Source: a virus. Taken from it: 64,000 nucleotides of DNA. Positions 46,118 to 54,026 of this stretch are shown piece after piece; the stretch's first letter is position 1, and every line of letters begins with the position of its first letter. Location: the IMG/VR virus record IMGVR_UViG_3300024261_000009, positions 53,233 through 117,232 of that record. One strand, written 5' to 3'. A model generated the notes under the pieces. It did no database searches and was not told the DNA's origin. It saw only the letters and a list, made by a program, of their open reading frames with translations. Position numbers and translations under genes: made by a program.

Positions 46118-46326
46118 GAATGTATCTCTAAGTCAGTTTGACGGAGTCAAATAGTAGACGACCCGCCCTCGTAGTAAAATGTTATGCCCTGATAAATAAA
46201 ATATAACCCCCGAGAAAGTGGCTAAGAGTACACCGGCCTCCGGAGGCGCTGCCTTTCGCCAAAACAGGCGCTTACGTGCGGAGAAGGTTGTAGGGTTGGA
46301 TGGATATAAACCTCAAAAAAGTCAGG

Positions 46327-46971
46327 TTAGTAGTCCTCATCTAACTCTGGAGGGTCCCAGGATTCTGATTTTATAAGCGTTCCGCCTTCATAGGTATTTC
46401 TGCCTGCAAACCAATTTCCCCTCTCCTCAAACTCAAGAGTAACTCGGCTCTCAGGGAACCTAACGCTTATGGCCTCCGCAACGGGAATGGGGGGAGACCA
46501 GGCTGAGTCAAAGTAATACTTAACTATCGTTATGTCCCCCTCCGCGGACTCTAGAAACTTCTCAGTGGGCTCGCCCCCCACAAAGGTCTGTTTGTGAACG
46601 AACTCAACGCCCCACTTAGTCCCCCAGTTATGGTTCTGCCAAGTGTAACCCCCGACAGGGGACACTTCGTTGCTATCTAACAAGTCGGGCAACACCTTGG
46701 CTACCTCGGGATCAAAGGAGGATCTCTGTACTTCTACGGGTACAGGGACGAAGCTATGGAAGCTTAGGTCGGTCAGTGGTCCCGAGTTGGGGGTAAAACT
46801 TAGCAGTAGTTCTTCAACTTGGGGTTTTGCGGCACCGAGTTTTCCAGCGTCTCGCCCGAGTGAGCGGAAATCTGGGTACGTGGGGTTGATCCCCCTGGCT
46901 TCGGCCACGAACCTTAGTATGTCCGAAGGGGAACCTTCAAAGGTTAAAGTATTCTCACACCAGTTTGGCAT
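46327..46971 (-). CDS. DUF1281/YubB (Api92-like) ferredoxin-fold family protein
   Basis: MPNWCEN, W..HNWGTKW, FDSAWSPP, ..FEERG..FAG signatures. Confidence 0.8.
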   Translation of the reverse strand: MPNWCENTLTFEGSPSDILRFVAEARGINPTYPDFRSLGRDAGKLGAAKPQVEELLLSFTPNSGPLTDLSFHSFVPVPVEVQRSSFDPEVAKVLPDLLDSNEVSPVGGYTWQNHNWGTKWGVEFVHKQTFVGGEPTEKFLESAEGDITIVKYYFDSAWSPPIPVAEAISVRFPESRVTLEFEERGNWFAGRNTYEGGTLIKSESWDPPELDEDY

Positions 46972-46974
46972 AGT

Positions 46975-47193
46975 TTATTCCTCTTTCTGATTATCTATCT
47001 CGAGAAACCAAGGCTTCTCAGAAACTAGTCTAAATAGGTAATACTCGTCGGTATCAACGCATGTTACGTAGGCTATTAGCTCGTCGGTATGATCCCTTAG
47101 GGATTTTAAATCCCCTAAGGACTCTAGTGGGGAAGAAGCTTTTGTCTCAATAGTAATGGAAACTTCATAAGTAAACTCCCTAGTTTCATCCAT
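46975..47193 (-). CDS. Small acidic hypothetical protein
   Basis: ORF coupled to the next gene. Confidence 0.55.
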   Translation of the reverse strand: MDETREFTYEVSITIETKASSPLESLGDLKSLRDHTDELIAYVTCVDTDEYYLFRLVSEKPWFLEIDNQKEE

Positions 47194-47260
47194 GGGGAAC
47201 CTTTCGCATGAAAGGAAACAACCTTACTATCTCTAGTGTGCACTAAAAGGAGCCTAGCCT

Positions 47261-47605
47261 GTGAAAAGCATCTTAGTTCGGAATAGTTCTATACCCAAAG
47301 CCCTTAGTTGGTTTTTCCCTGTTGCAGCCATAACTCTCTGGCCCTTTATTCTAATAAGACCTGGCTATGACACAGATAGACTTATAAACCACGAAAGGAT
47401 CCATATAGTCCAGTACAACGAGCTATTAGTCCTAGGATTTTTACTCCTGTACCTGTGGGATTGGGTCGTCGGTCTGCTAAAGTACAGAAGCACGAAGACC
47501 GCTTACTACCAGATACGCTTTGAACAGGAGGCTCGGTTTGGAGAGGGGCAAGAGGACTACCTGGAAAAGAGACCTAAGCACTCCTGGTTACGCTTCAAAG
47601 TCTAG
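47261..47605 (+). CDS. Small HExxH membrane-associated protein
   Basis: AAGGAG RBS; ITLWPFI, INHERIH, AY..I.FEQEA; isolated plus-strand gene. Confidence 0.7.
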   Translation: MKSILVRNSSIPKALSWFFPVAAITLWPFILIRPGYDTDRLINHERIHIVQYNELLVLGFLLLYLWDWVVGLLKYRSTKTAYYQIRFEQEARFGEGQEDYLEKRPKHSWLRFKV

Positions 47606-47937
47606 TAAGGTATGGTTAGCATCTCTACATACTGGTCCATATTAGACCCTAATTCCTCCGACATGGTAGCCGAAACAAACTCGCGCTGCTCTTCTGAGCT
47701 AGCCGACGCTAGCAAATGACCGTAGCTACTAAGTACACGTGCCTGCTCTCCCAAGAAGATCATGTTTAATTGTTCGTCAAGTTCTTCTTTGTCGTAATGC
47801 TTCAAGCCCTTTCTTAGCTGGGAGATCCAATGTAGTTGGTGCTCCAAGGAAGGCACGTTTCCTGCGTCCACCATCTCTGAAGCTGCTTTGAGGTCTATCT
47901 TATCTACTAACACTTGGCTGCCTCCAGTAAGGACCAT
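47602..47937 (-). CDS. Helical hypothetical protein (111 aa)
   Basis: ORF converging on the plus-strand gene. Confidence 0.5.
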   Translation of the reverse strand: MVLTGGSQVLVDKIDLKAASEMVDAGNVPSLEHQLHWISQLRKGLKHYDKEELDEQLNMIFLGEQARVLSSYGHLLASASSEEQREFVSATMSEELGSNMDQYVEMLTIPY

Positions 47938-48248
47938 ACTCGGGATCTAGGGCCTGAGTCCTTCCAACGAGCGTCATTCAATTTAGAGCCCCACCCGCCT
48001 GACGGAGGCGATTTAAACTCAACGCCGTCCCACCCGTACTCTATAAGCTGGGCTTGCGTGTAGCTGGCGGGTAAGTCTAGAGGGCCTCTGGGCTCTCCGG
48101 GAACTGGAAGAATATAAGACAACCTAGCTCTCCTGGCGGCGGCTGAGAAATTTTTCTGGGCGGCCCGAGGCTTCCCAGCATTCATAATGGTACCAACACT
48201 CACTGATATACTCACTAACACCTCCGAAGAGGAATACTTGTCCGTCAA
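47907..48248 (-). CDS. Hypothetical protein (start uncertain)
   Basis: ORF track only; overlaps both neighbours. Confidence 0.35.
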   Translation of the reverse strand: MTDKYSSSEVLVSISVSVGTIMNAGKPRAAQKNFSAAARRARLSYILPVPGEPRGPLDLPASYTQAQLIEYGWDGVEFKSPPSGGWGSKLNDARWKDSGPRSRVWSLLEAAKC

Positions 48249-48360
48249 AATCGCAGAGACCGGTCTTAATAGATCCCTGCTCCCCGAGAGAGACTACTTC
48301 TTGGGGCCTGGTCTTAAGTAACCCAGACCCGCAGTGCCTACAGGCTCGAATAGAACACAT
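48124..48360 (-). CDS. Cys/His Zn-finger-like small protein
   Basis: AAAGGA RBS; CRHC...CDFD...HYEC. Confidence 0.5.
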   Translation of the reverse strand: MCSIRACRHCGSGLLKTRPQEVVSLGEQGSIKTGLCDFDGQVFLFGGVSEYISECWYHYECWEASGRPEKFLSRRQES

Positions 48361-48447
48361 TAGGATGTTCCTTTAAGGACTAATACTCCTGTAAGTATAC
48401 GTCCTAGAATCTCTGAAACGAGCCGCCCCATAAGGAACCGTCAAAGC

Positions 48448-48648
48448 TCATGAAGACTCCTCTTCCTTAGGCCTGGGCTTCTTTACTATTCTCGCCTCCG
48501 AAAAAGTAAAGGCTTCAGCAACCACGTATTGGTTGCGCAGTTTGGCTCCAGCAACTGCTGGACGAAGTGTGTCATAGCACAGGCCCTCTCGGGGCTTATC
48601 GGGGGCATCACAGGCCCAGAAGCGGTTAATGACGTCTACTTCTTTCAT
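48448..48648 (-). CDS. Hypothetical protein (66 aa)
   Basis: AAGGAGTAAGGCAATG start. Confidence 0.6.
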   Translation of the reverse strand: MKEVDVINRFWACDAPDKPREGLCYDTLRPAVAGAKLRNQYVVAEAFTFSEARIVKKPRPKEEESS

Positions 48649-48682
48649 TGCCTTACTCCTTAGTAGTAGCCGGGGCGGTGGG

Positions 48683-48866
48683 TTAGCACTTCATGCTCAG
48701 TACTTCGCCGGTCTGTAGCTCCAGAAAATACTTTTCCCCTGACGCTACGTGCTCTATGCACACCATTGTTTCCTCCCCATTAATGCGAGACTTGAAGTTT
48801 GCGAAAGCCTCTTCAACAGAACCCGCCTTCGCCTCGTCGTGGATCTCTATCTTGTAGGTGTCCATT
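48683..48866 (-). CDS. Small acidic hypothetical protein
   Basis: AGGAGTAAAGACAATG start at 48866 (MDTYKIEIH). Confidence 0.6.
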
Positions 48867-48879
48867 GTCTTTACTCCTT

Positions 48880-49140
48880 TTAGCGTAGTACGGGGAAGGT
48901 CCACTCTGTGAATCCGTCGCCTCCAAAAAGGGCACCCCCGTTGTTTCCCTCATCATCCTGAGAGGGGAAAATGTATGAACCATCTTCAAAAGTGATTACG
49001 AGCGGTCGATGGGTCCAGTCCAGTCCAGCGGCCTCTTCGACCGTCAGGTATCGCACGGCGGTGACACGCTTGCCCACCAATGCTGGCCCTGCGAGTCGCG
49101 TCCAGTGCTCTTCTTGTTCTTCTCTAGGTATAAACGTCAT
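48880..49140 (-). CDS. Conserved phage hypothetical protein (SQDDEGNNGGALF motif)
   Basis: GGAGTAAGGCAATG start at 49140; LVGKRV..VRYL...PSQDDEGN. Confidence 0.65.
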   Translation of the reverse strand: MTFIPREEQEEHWTRLAGPALVGKRVTAVRYLTVEEAAGLDWTHRPLVITFEDGSYIFPSQDDEGNNGGALFGGDGFTEWTFPVLR

Positions 49141-49144
49141 TGCC

Positions 49145-49492
49145 TTACTCCACGTATGGGGCCGAATAGTGTCGGACCACATCGTCCCCCATAGTATCCG
49201 CTTTAGCCTGCACTCGTCCGATACCTAGTAGTGCTTCTACCTTAGAGTCGTAGGGCCCAAAAGTCTCAGAGTTGTACTCGTCGGATTCGGTGGTAAAGTA
49301 CCAGCATGGGGCGGTACTAGCCTCCTCCGAGAGTACTAGGTGGTCTTCGTCCAGGACGCCATCCTCAACAGCCACTCCTATAGACCGGATGTGGTGGTAC
49401 TCATCTGCCAGATGTACAGTTACAGCTTGTCTAAGCTGTTCCGGTGTCAGTCCGGCTAGCTCTTTAAGTAGCTGTTCGTATGTCATTATCAT
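49145..49492 (-). CDS. Two-domain acidic hypothetical protein
   Basis: AAGGAGG RBS. Confidence 0.6.
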   Translation of the reverse strand: MIMTYEQLLKELAGLTPEQLRQAVTVHLADEYHHIRSIGVAVEDGVLDEDHLVLSEEASTAPCWYFTTESDEYNSETFGPYDSKVEALLGIGRVQAKADTMGDDVVRHYSAPYVE

Positions 49493-49686
49493 TCCTCCTT
49501 ATTAGTAGTCGAGGCGGGGTCCACCTCTAACTCGTACTTCCACTCATCGACAATTGAATGCTCGTCAGATAGAAGCCCGTTACTTGCGAGGTACCGAGCT
49601 GCAAAGTTCAACGCACGTTCAATGTCTTTACCTGACGAGACGTGCGCCTCGTCGTAGTCTATTGTTATGGTTAATACTGCTCTCAT
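49489..49686 (-). CDS. Small acidic hypothetical protein
   Basis: AAGGA RBS; coupled. Confidence 0.6.
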   Translation of the reverse strand: MRAVLTITIDYDEAHVSSGKDIERALNFAARYLASNGLLSDEHSIVDEWKYELEVDPASTTNKEE

Positions 49687-49689
49687 TAT

Positions 49690-50163
49690 TTATTCCTTAG
49701 TGGTTGGGGGAACCCAGTCAGGGCGGTTCCGCTTCCAAGTCGCGAAGCCCATCTTCTCTCCTAGGTAGTAGGATCGGTAAGCCTTTACTGGGTCAGAGTC
49801 TTTGTACTGATCAGGCATAGCCTGGGCGAAGGGAGTCAGTGTCCCGTACGGCACTGACCACACGTTGTCTTTGGCGAATAACAGCGCTCCTGAAGACTTG
49901 TGGTCCTTTTCATATCGGTCCTGGTATTCGTCTAGCAGATATAAAGCGTGTTTGAGTAGCCAGCGGAAGTTGGGTCGAGAATCTCCAGCCCACACTGTAC
50001 AGGGGTGTTTAGTATAGGCGGCTCGGTAGGGTGCTTGTACATCATGTCGCCATAAGGCGCTGCACAACATCTGAGCGGACTCGAGCACCATCTTTACTAC
50101 ATGCTTGTCGCACTGGGACCGCGCAGCCTTCTCTGGACATTCATCCAGAATAAATATGTTCAC
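49690..50163 (-). CDS. Pyrimidine-dimer DNA glycosylase-like (DenV-related) protein
   Basis: MNIF.LD..P..AA...CDKHVVKM.LESAQML, HPCTVW, PFAQAMPD.YK..DPV.AYR.YY. Confidence 0.8.
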   Translation of the reverse strand: MNIFILDECPEKAARSQCDKHVVKMVLESAQMLCSALWRHDVQAPYRAAYTKHPCTVWAGDSRPNFRWLLKHALYLLDEYQDRYEKDHKSSGALLFAKDNVWSVPYGTLTPFAQAMPDQYKDSDPVKAYRSYYLGEKMGFATWKRNRPDWVPPTTKE

Positions 50164-50294
50164 TTTTTCTTTTTAGGCTTTGGCTTAGACAGCTTCCTAG
50201 CTACCGCCGCCATTCCCGAAACAGTGGCCTTCCCTCGAGAGGTCGTAGTAGATTTCTTGCCCGCTTTTGTGCGGGGATTCGTAGATCTTTTCAT
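50160..50294 (-). CDS. 44-aa highly basic micro-protein resembling a histone H3 tail; missed by the ORF track
   Basis: AAGGAG 6 nt before ATG 50294; TGA overlaps the next GTG start (GTGA). MKRSTNPRTKAGKKSTTTSRGKATVSGMAAVARKLSKPKPKKKK. Confidence 0.75.
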   Translation of the reverse strand: MKRSTNPRTKAGKKSTTTSRGKATVSGMAAVARKLSKPKPKKKK

Positions 50295-50304
50295 ATCTAA
50301 CTCC

Positions 50305-51273
50305 TTACAGTTCGTTCAGGATGTTCTTGATAGCTTCCACACCAACAGTGGTAGACGTCCTGCTTTCTACGCTTACAGAAAAAGTTGTGGGGACGTATTC
50401 CCCTTGGAATAGTTGGTCGTTAGTCTCGAAAAAATCGCACACCTTGTCAGGGACCAATAGGTCTGCTCCCGAGGTTATGCTCTTTAGCTCCTTAAGAGTG
50501 ACTTCGTCATAGTCCAGAAGCCCGTACTCCTGAACTCGTTCCAGGTACATGTACGCTGCTACAGCGGAAGCGTCTTCCTGGGTTAAAGCCGTTTTAGTCT
50601 CAGTGCTTGTGTAGGGTCTCTTATAATCATCCGAGGTGGATGTAGAGGTAACTACGTATACAGGGCTGCTTTCCTCAAGTTCCCCGCCCGGTCCATCGGA
50701 AGACGCTTTTGCCTCCATGTCTGCGTTGACCCTAGCGACGATCTCATCAAGAGTCTCTTTCTTTGTTGTCATTTCTTTAACAATGCAATTGTATAGCTCT
50801 CCCGTGAAAGCCGGGTGCCTCTTCTTGCCCTTAATAAGTGCTTTGAATTCTGCAAAGTCTAGCAGTTGAGTGGTGACCCAGGCTCCTTCTGAATCCCACT
50901 GTTCTTCGGAGGGCTCTACAATCTCGTAGCAGTGCTTTACACTTACGAGGTCCTCATTTTCGTCAGAGAGGACTATAGTTTTTTCTGCTACTATGTAAAT
51001 TGAACTAGGAGTTCTCCCAATCTTCTTATAATGAGAGAACAGGTCTACGGGGCCTAGGGAGACAACCTCACTGTCCGAGAAATTGTTCATAAAGTTCTTA
51101 GTACGGTTGTAGGTCCTAACTATAGCTCCTGGTAGGATTCCCTTTTCGGTAAGCGTGTTGAGTAATTTCTTCCTGCTGAGGACGCTGACCTTCTCGTAAG
51201 TCTCAAAGTCTCTCTCAGTCTTGTCGCACTTCCCTCTGGTGTGCTTGAGGTTTCCGCAATAGGTACATGGCAT
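50305..51273 (-). CDS. 322-aa protein with N-terminal CCHC zinc knuckle
   Basis: CTYCGNLKHTRGKC = C-x2-C-x4-H-x4-C. Confidence 0.65.
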   Translation of the reverse strand: MPCTYCGNLKHTRGKCDKTERDFETYEKVSVLSRKKLLNTLTEKGILPGAIVRTYNRTKNFMNNFSDSEVVSLGPVDLFSHYKKIGRTPSSIYIVAEKTIVLSDENEDLVSVKHCYEIVEPSEEQWDSEGAWVTTQLLDFAEFKALIKGKKRHPAFTGELYNCIVKEMTTKKETLDEIVARVNADMEAKASSDGPGGELEESSPVYVVTSTSTSDDYKRPYTSTETKTALTQEDASAVAAYMYLERVQEYGLLDYDEVTLKELKSITSGADLLVPDKVCDFFETNDQLFQGEYVPTTFSVSVESRTSTTVGVEAIKNILNEL

Positions 51274-51485
51274 TATCTTAACCCCTGTCGTCGTTGGCGT
51301 TTTTTAGGTTCTTTAAAGTCTTTCCACTCGGAGTAATGCTCTTTGGTGGTTTCTACAATCTCGTCATACTCCTCAAGAGTAATGACTCCCTTCTTCATTC
51401 GTACTTTAAGAAGGCTCTTCTCCGTCTTAAGGGCTTGTCCCTTCCTGCGGAGCATGTTGTCTACTAACAGCTCTTTAGTCCACAT
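51273..51485 (-). CDS. Basic helical hypothetical protein (70 aa)
   Basis: GGAGG RBS. Confidence 0.6.
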   Translation of the reverse strand: MWTKELLVDNMLRRKGQALKTEKSLLKVRMKKGVITLEEYDEIVETTKEHYSEWKDFKEPKKRQRRQGLR

Positions 51486-51488
51486 AAT

Positions 51489-52013
51489 CTACCTCCCGGG
51501 GGCATTCATTTCAGTACAGCACTCAGGGCACCGAGCGCAATTCTCGGACACCCTATGGTGTTGCCAATTACTAAATATTGAGGCTACCAAGGCGTCCCTA
51601 GTCTCCAGCACTCTCTTCGAGTATCTCAGAGCTGCGGAGGAAGAAGCACACTTTCTCCCTGAATTGTATCTGCACAAAGCTTGCTTCTCGTTACCCTTCT
51701 CCATTTTGAAGTAAGTGGTCCACGCCTTAAACCCCGCGCTAATTAAATCACAGCCTTTTCGGGAACCCTGGGGGCACCAATAACGTGGCAGTACTTGGAG
51801 GGGGCCAATAGCACCCGCAGGGCTCTTTACTCGAGACCTGAAAGTGCTCTCGTGCCAAGCGATAGACAGCATCAGAGTAGGGTCTTCCCCCGTACTTAGG
51901 CTGGTGATTACTATTTCCTCACAGGAGGAAGACTGGTCTTTGGTGGGCTCAGGGTCTTGTAGTCCCCAAAAGAATCCACAGACAATGAAAACATATTGCT
52001 CTAGAGCTCCCAT
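51489..52013 (-). CDS. Lytic transglycosylase (SLT domain) with hydrophobic N-terminus
   Basis: LSIAWHESTF (catalytic Glu), GAIGPLQV, ALCRYNSG, YSKRV. Confidence 0.85.
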   Translation of the reverse strand: MGALEQYVFIVCGFFWGLQDPEPTKDQSSSCEEIVITSLSTGEDPTLMLSIAWHESTFRSRVKSPAGAIGPLQVLPRYWCPQGSRKGCDLISAGFKAWTTYFKMEKGNEKQALCRYNSGRKCASSSAALRYSKRVLETRDALVASIFSNWQHHRVSENCARCPECCTEMNAPGR

Positions 52014-52048
52014 ATGGAGTTCTCCTTTTTGTGGGTAAGAAAGGGTAG

Positions 52049-52121
52049 TGGGCCCGCTCGGATTTGAACCGAGGACCGTCCGGTTATGAGCCGGATGCTC
52101 TAACCACTGAGCTACAGGCCC
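52049..52121 (-). tRNA. tRNA with CAU anticodon, probably tRNA-Ile2 (lysidine type); 3' CCA not encoded
   Basis: GGGCCTGTAGCTCAGTGGTTAGAGCATCCGGCTCATAACCGGACGGTCCTCGGTTCAAATCCGAGCGGGCCCA: full cloverleaf, no C1:A72 mismatch (so not an initiator), C4/C5 as in TilS substrates. Confidence 0.9.
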
Positions 52122-52343
52122 TTAGGAGAGTACAACGACTTCGGACTCAGTCTCGATCCAGACCCTAGCGCCGCAAGATAGGGGCTTGTCTGGAGAATAT
52201 ACGACCCTACAAGGCCCTTTTATGGAGACCTCAGATCCGTAGTCGTTACTCTTATAGGTTTTGACAGTGATAACCGGATCCCGTTCACCGGTCTTTAAAT
52301 TAGACTTTATCTTATGTTGGTTTACGTGGATCCGTGTTTTCAT
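52122..52343 (-). CDS. Conserved phage hypothetical protein
   Basis: IHVNQH...PVITVK...VVYSPDKPLSCGARVWIET motif. Confidence 0.75.
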   Translation of the reverse strand: MKTRIHVNQHKIKSNLKTGERDPVITVKTYKSNDYGSEVSIKGPCRVVYSPDKPLSCGARVWIETESEVVVLS

Positions 52344-52346
52344 GGT

Positions 52347-53072
52347 CTACATCTCGAAGGGAGGTTCGTCGTCATCGATCTTTATGTTCTTGACTACGTC
52401 CTCTGTGGGGAGGCCTGCTCCCGGAATTAACGCCCTCAATTCTTCTACACTTGCGGGGGAGAAGACTTCTTCGTAATTGAAAGGCTCTAGGTCGAGCAGC
52501 TCACTATTAGCCCCAGCATCTACCAGGTACTTGCTCCAAGATCTTTTACTAACCTTCTCTACGAATTCGAACTCGTCCCCTACACTCTCGACCTTGGTTC
52601 CACTACGGTAGACATCCCACACGGTGCCTATTAAGCCGTCTTTTTTATCCGCTAGTCGCTTTATCTTTGTCAGTACGCCGGGTTTATCCCGACCGCCTCG
52701 TTTGGCCCCATACAGCTTCTTTATAAACTGGTAGTTGACACCCTTGTCATTAACAAAGCCCTTAAGACCCTCAGGGGTAACGTCACCCATGTCTATAACT
52801 GTAAAGAAGCCTGTGAAGCTTGGCCACAGTTCTGCGTCACAGACAGGGCACTCTGGGCCGAAATTGTTCTTCTTAAGGCAGACCTCTTTTCTCTGAGTCT
52901 TAGTTATTGACCAGAGGTTGTGCTCGAAGAGGCATGCAGGGTCCTCATCAAGGAACATTATTCGCTTGGTGATCTCTGCGGGCATCCAGAATCTCTTGGG
53001 GGGGTACACCTTCTTTTTATCCGAGGCGTCAAAATCTTGAACAGCATCCCAGCCGCTTTTAATGAAGCTCAT
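52347..53072 (-). CDS. Single-stranded DNA-binding protein (gp32-like, Zn-binding, acidic tail)
   Basis: RFWMP...RIMFLD, EH...C...CPVC, acidic DDDEPPF C-terminus. Confidence 0.7.
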   Translation of the reverse strand: MSFIKSGWDAVQDFDASDKKKVYPPKRFWMPAEITKRIMFLDEDPACLFEHNLWSITKTQRKEVCLKKNNFGPECPVCDAELWPSFTGFFTVIDMGDVTPEGLKGFVNDKGVNYQFIKKLYGAKRGGRDKPGVLTKIKRLADKKDGLIGTVWDVYRSGTKVESVGDEFEFVEKVSKRSWSKYLVDAGANSELLDLEPFNYEEVFSPASVEELRALIPGAGLPTEDVVKNIKIDDDEPPFEM

Positions 53073-53168
53073 AGCTTCTCCTTTTTTGTTTTTGAGAACT
53101 TAGTTCTCGTTTAATACCTGTGTTACTCTGAACACTAGAAATTGCAGTTTAAAGCCTTGCGGGGCAAA

Positions 53169-53495
53169 TTACCAGACTTTTTCCTCAGGACCCGCTATGT
53201 AGGAATCTAAGTCCTCTCCCGTGGTATCGTGTACGTTGCACACCTGGGGATCTGCTAGGCGTATACTAGCCTTAGTCTCACCGAGCTGGTCTAGCACTTT
53301 ACCCGCGAAGCTATCGCAGTCAACCACTAGGTTGTCTGCTAAGAGGGAGGGTAAGTCCAAAGTATCTAGCTTATCCGCGAGTTCCGGGTAGGACCCCAAG
53401 AAGTCGAAAACGACATCTAACTTAACCTTAATCAAGAACTCCCTGTGAATTGACTCTTCCATTAATTCTCCTAACGTACCGGGGCTTAAGCTCAT
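53169..53495 (-). CDS. Acidic hypothetical protein (108 aa)
   Basis: ORF with coupled start. Confidence 0.55.
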   Translation of the reverse strand: MSLSPGTLGELMEESIHREFLIKVKLDVVFDFLGSYPELADKLDTLDLPSLLADNLVVDCDSFAGKVLDQLGETKASIRLADPQVCNVHDTTGEDLDSYIAGPEEKVW

Positions 53496-53719
53496 AGTTT
53501 ATTCTTTCTAAGATGAGACTTTATGTCTGCCTCAGACTTAACGACATTCCTACTAATAGAAACCACATCCCCGTTGGGGTACCACAGGGTTACGTCTGTT
53601 AGGAGAGGCTTTGGATTATCAAAACCCCCATCAGGATTTAGGACGTAGAAAAACGTGACACCTGTGTCCAAGTCTGTTTCCTGCATCATGCAGTTTCCGC
53701 GCAAAGAAATAGCCATCAC
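53492..53719 (-). CDS. Hypothetical protein (75 aa)
   Basis: GTGA overlap with the upstream gene. Confidence 0.55.
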   Translation of the reverse strand: MMAISLRGNCMMQETDLDTGVTFFYVLNPDGGFDNPKPLLTDVTLWYPNGDVVSISRNVVKSEADIKSHLRKNKL

Positions 53720-54018
53720 CTGTACTCCAAGGGAAGCTCTAGTTGCTTCTTATCCTCAGGCTTCTCCTTGAGCTTCTCCTTGAGCTTCTTCTCGTGCTGC
53801 TCTTTGACCAGGTCTATCAAGTCCGTAGGGTTTTCCTTCACGTCTCCTACTAGAGTCAGCGTGACTCTTCCATCAGAGAAGCCCACCCTAAGCGGCCAAC
53901 CTTTTTCTGATCCCTCGGGGGTTATATAGAGACCCTCCTCAGTAAACTCGACCTGTATCTCTTTCAGGTCCCCTCGATTATCTGCAACCCGAAGGTGTGC
54001 GGTTTTAACAATGTTCAT
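53716..54018 (-). CDS. Hypothetical protein (100 aa)
   Basis: GGAGG RBS. Confidence 0.6.
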   Translation of the reverse strand: MNIVKTAHLRVADNRGDLKEIQVEFTEEGLYITPEGSEKGWPLRVGFSDGRVTLTLVGDVKENPTDLIDLVKEQHEKKLKEKLKEKPEDKKQLELPLEYR

Positions 54019-54026
54019 TGTGCCTC

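Noticed and set aside
46225-46280. c-di-GMP-I riboswitch suggested by GCCTCCGG and GAAA; also GACGCAAA near 33825
   Set aside because: The required GGCAAA/P1-P2 arrangement is not present in the right order.
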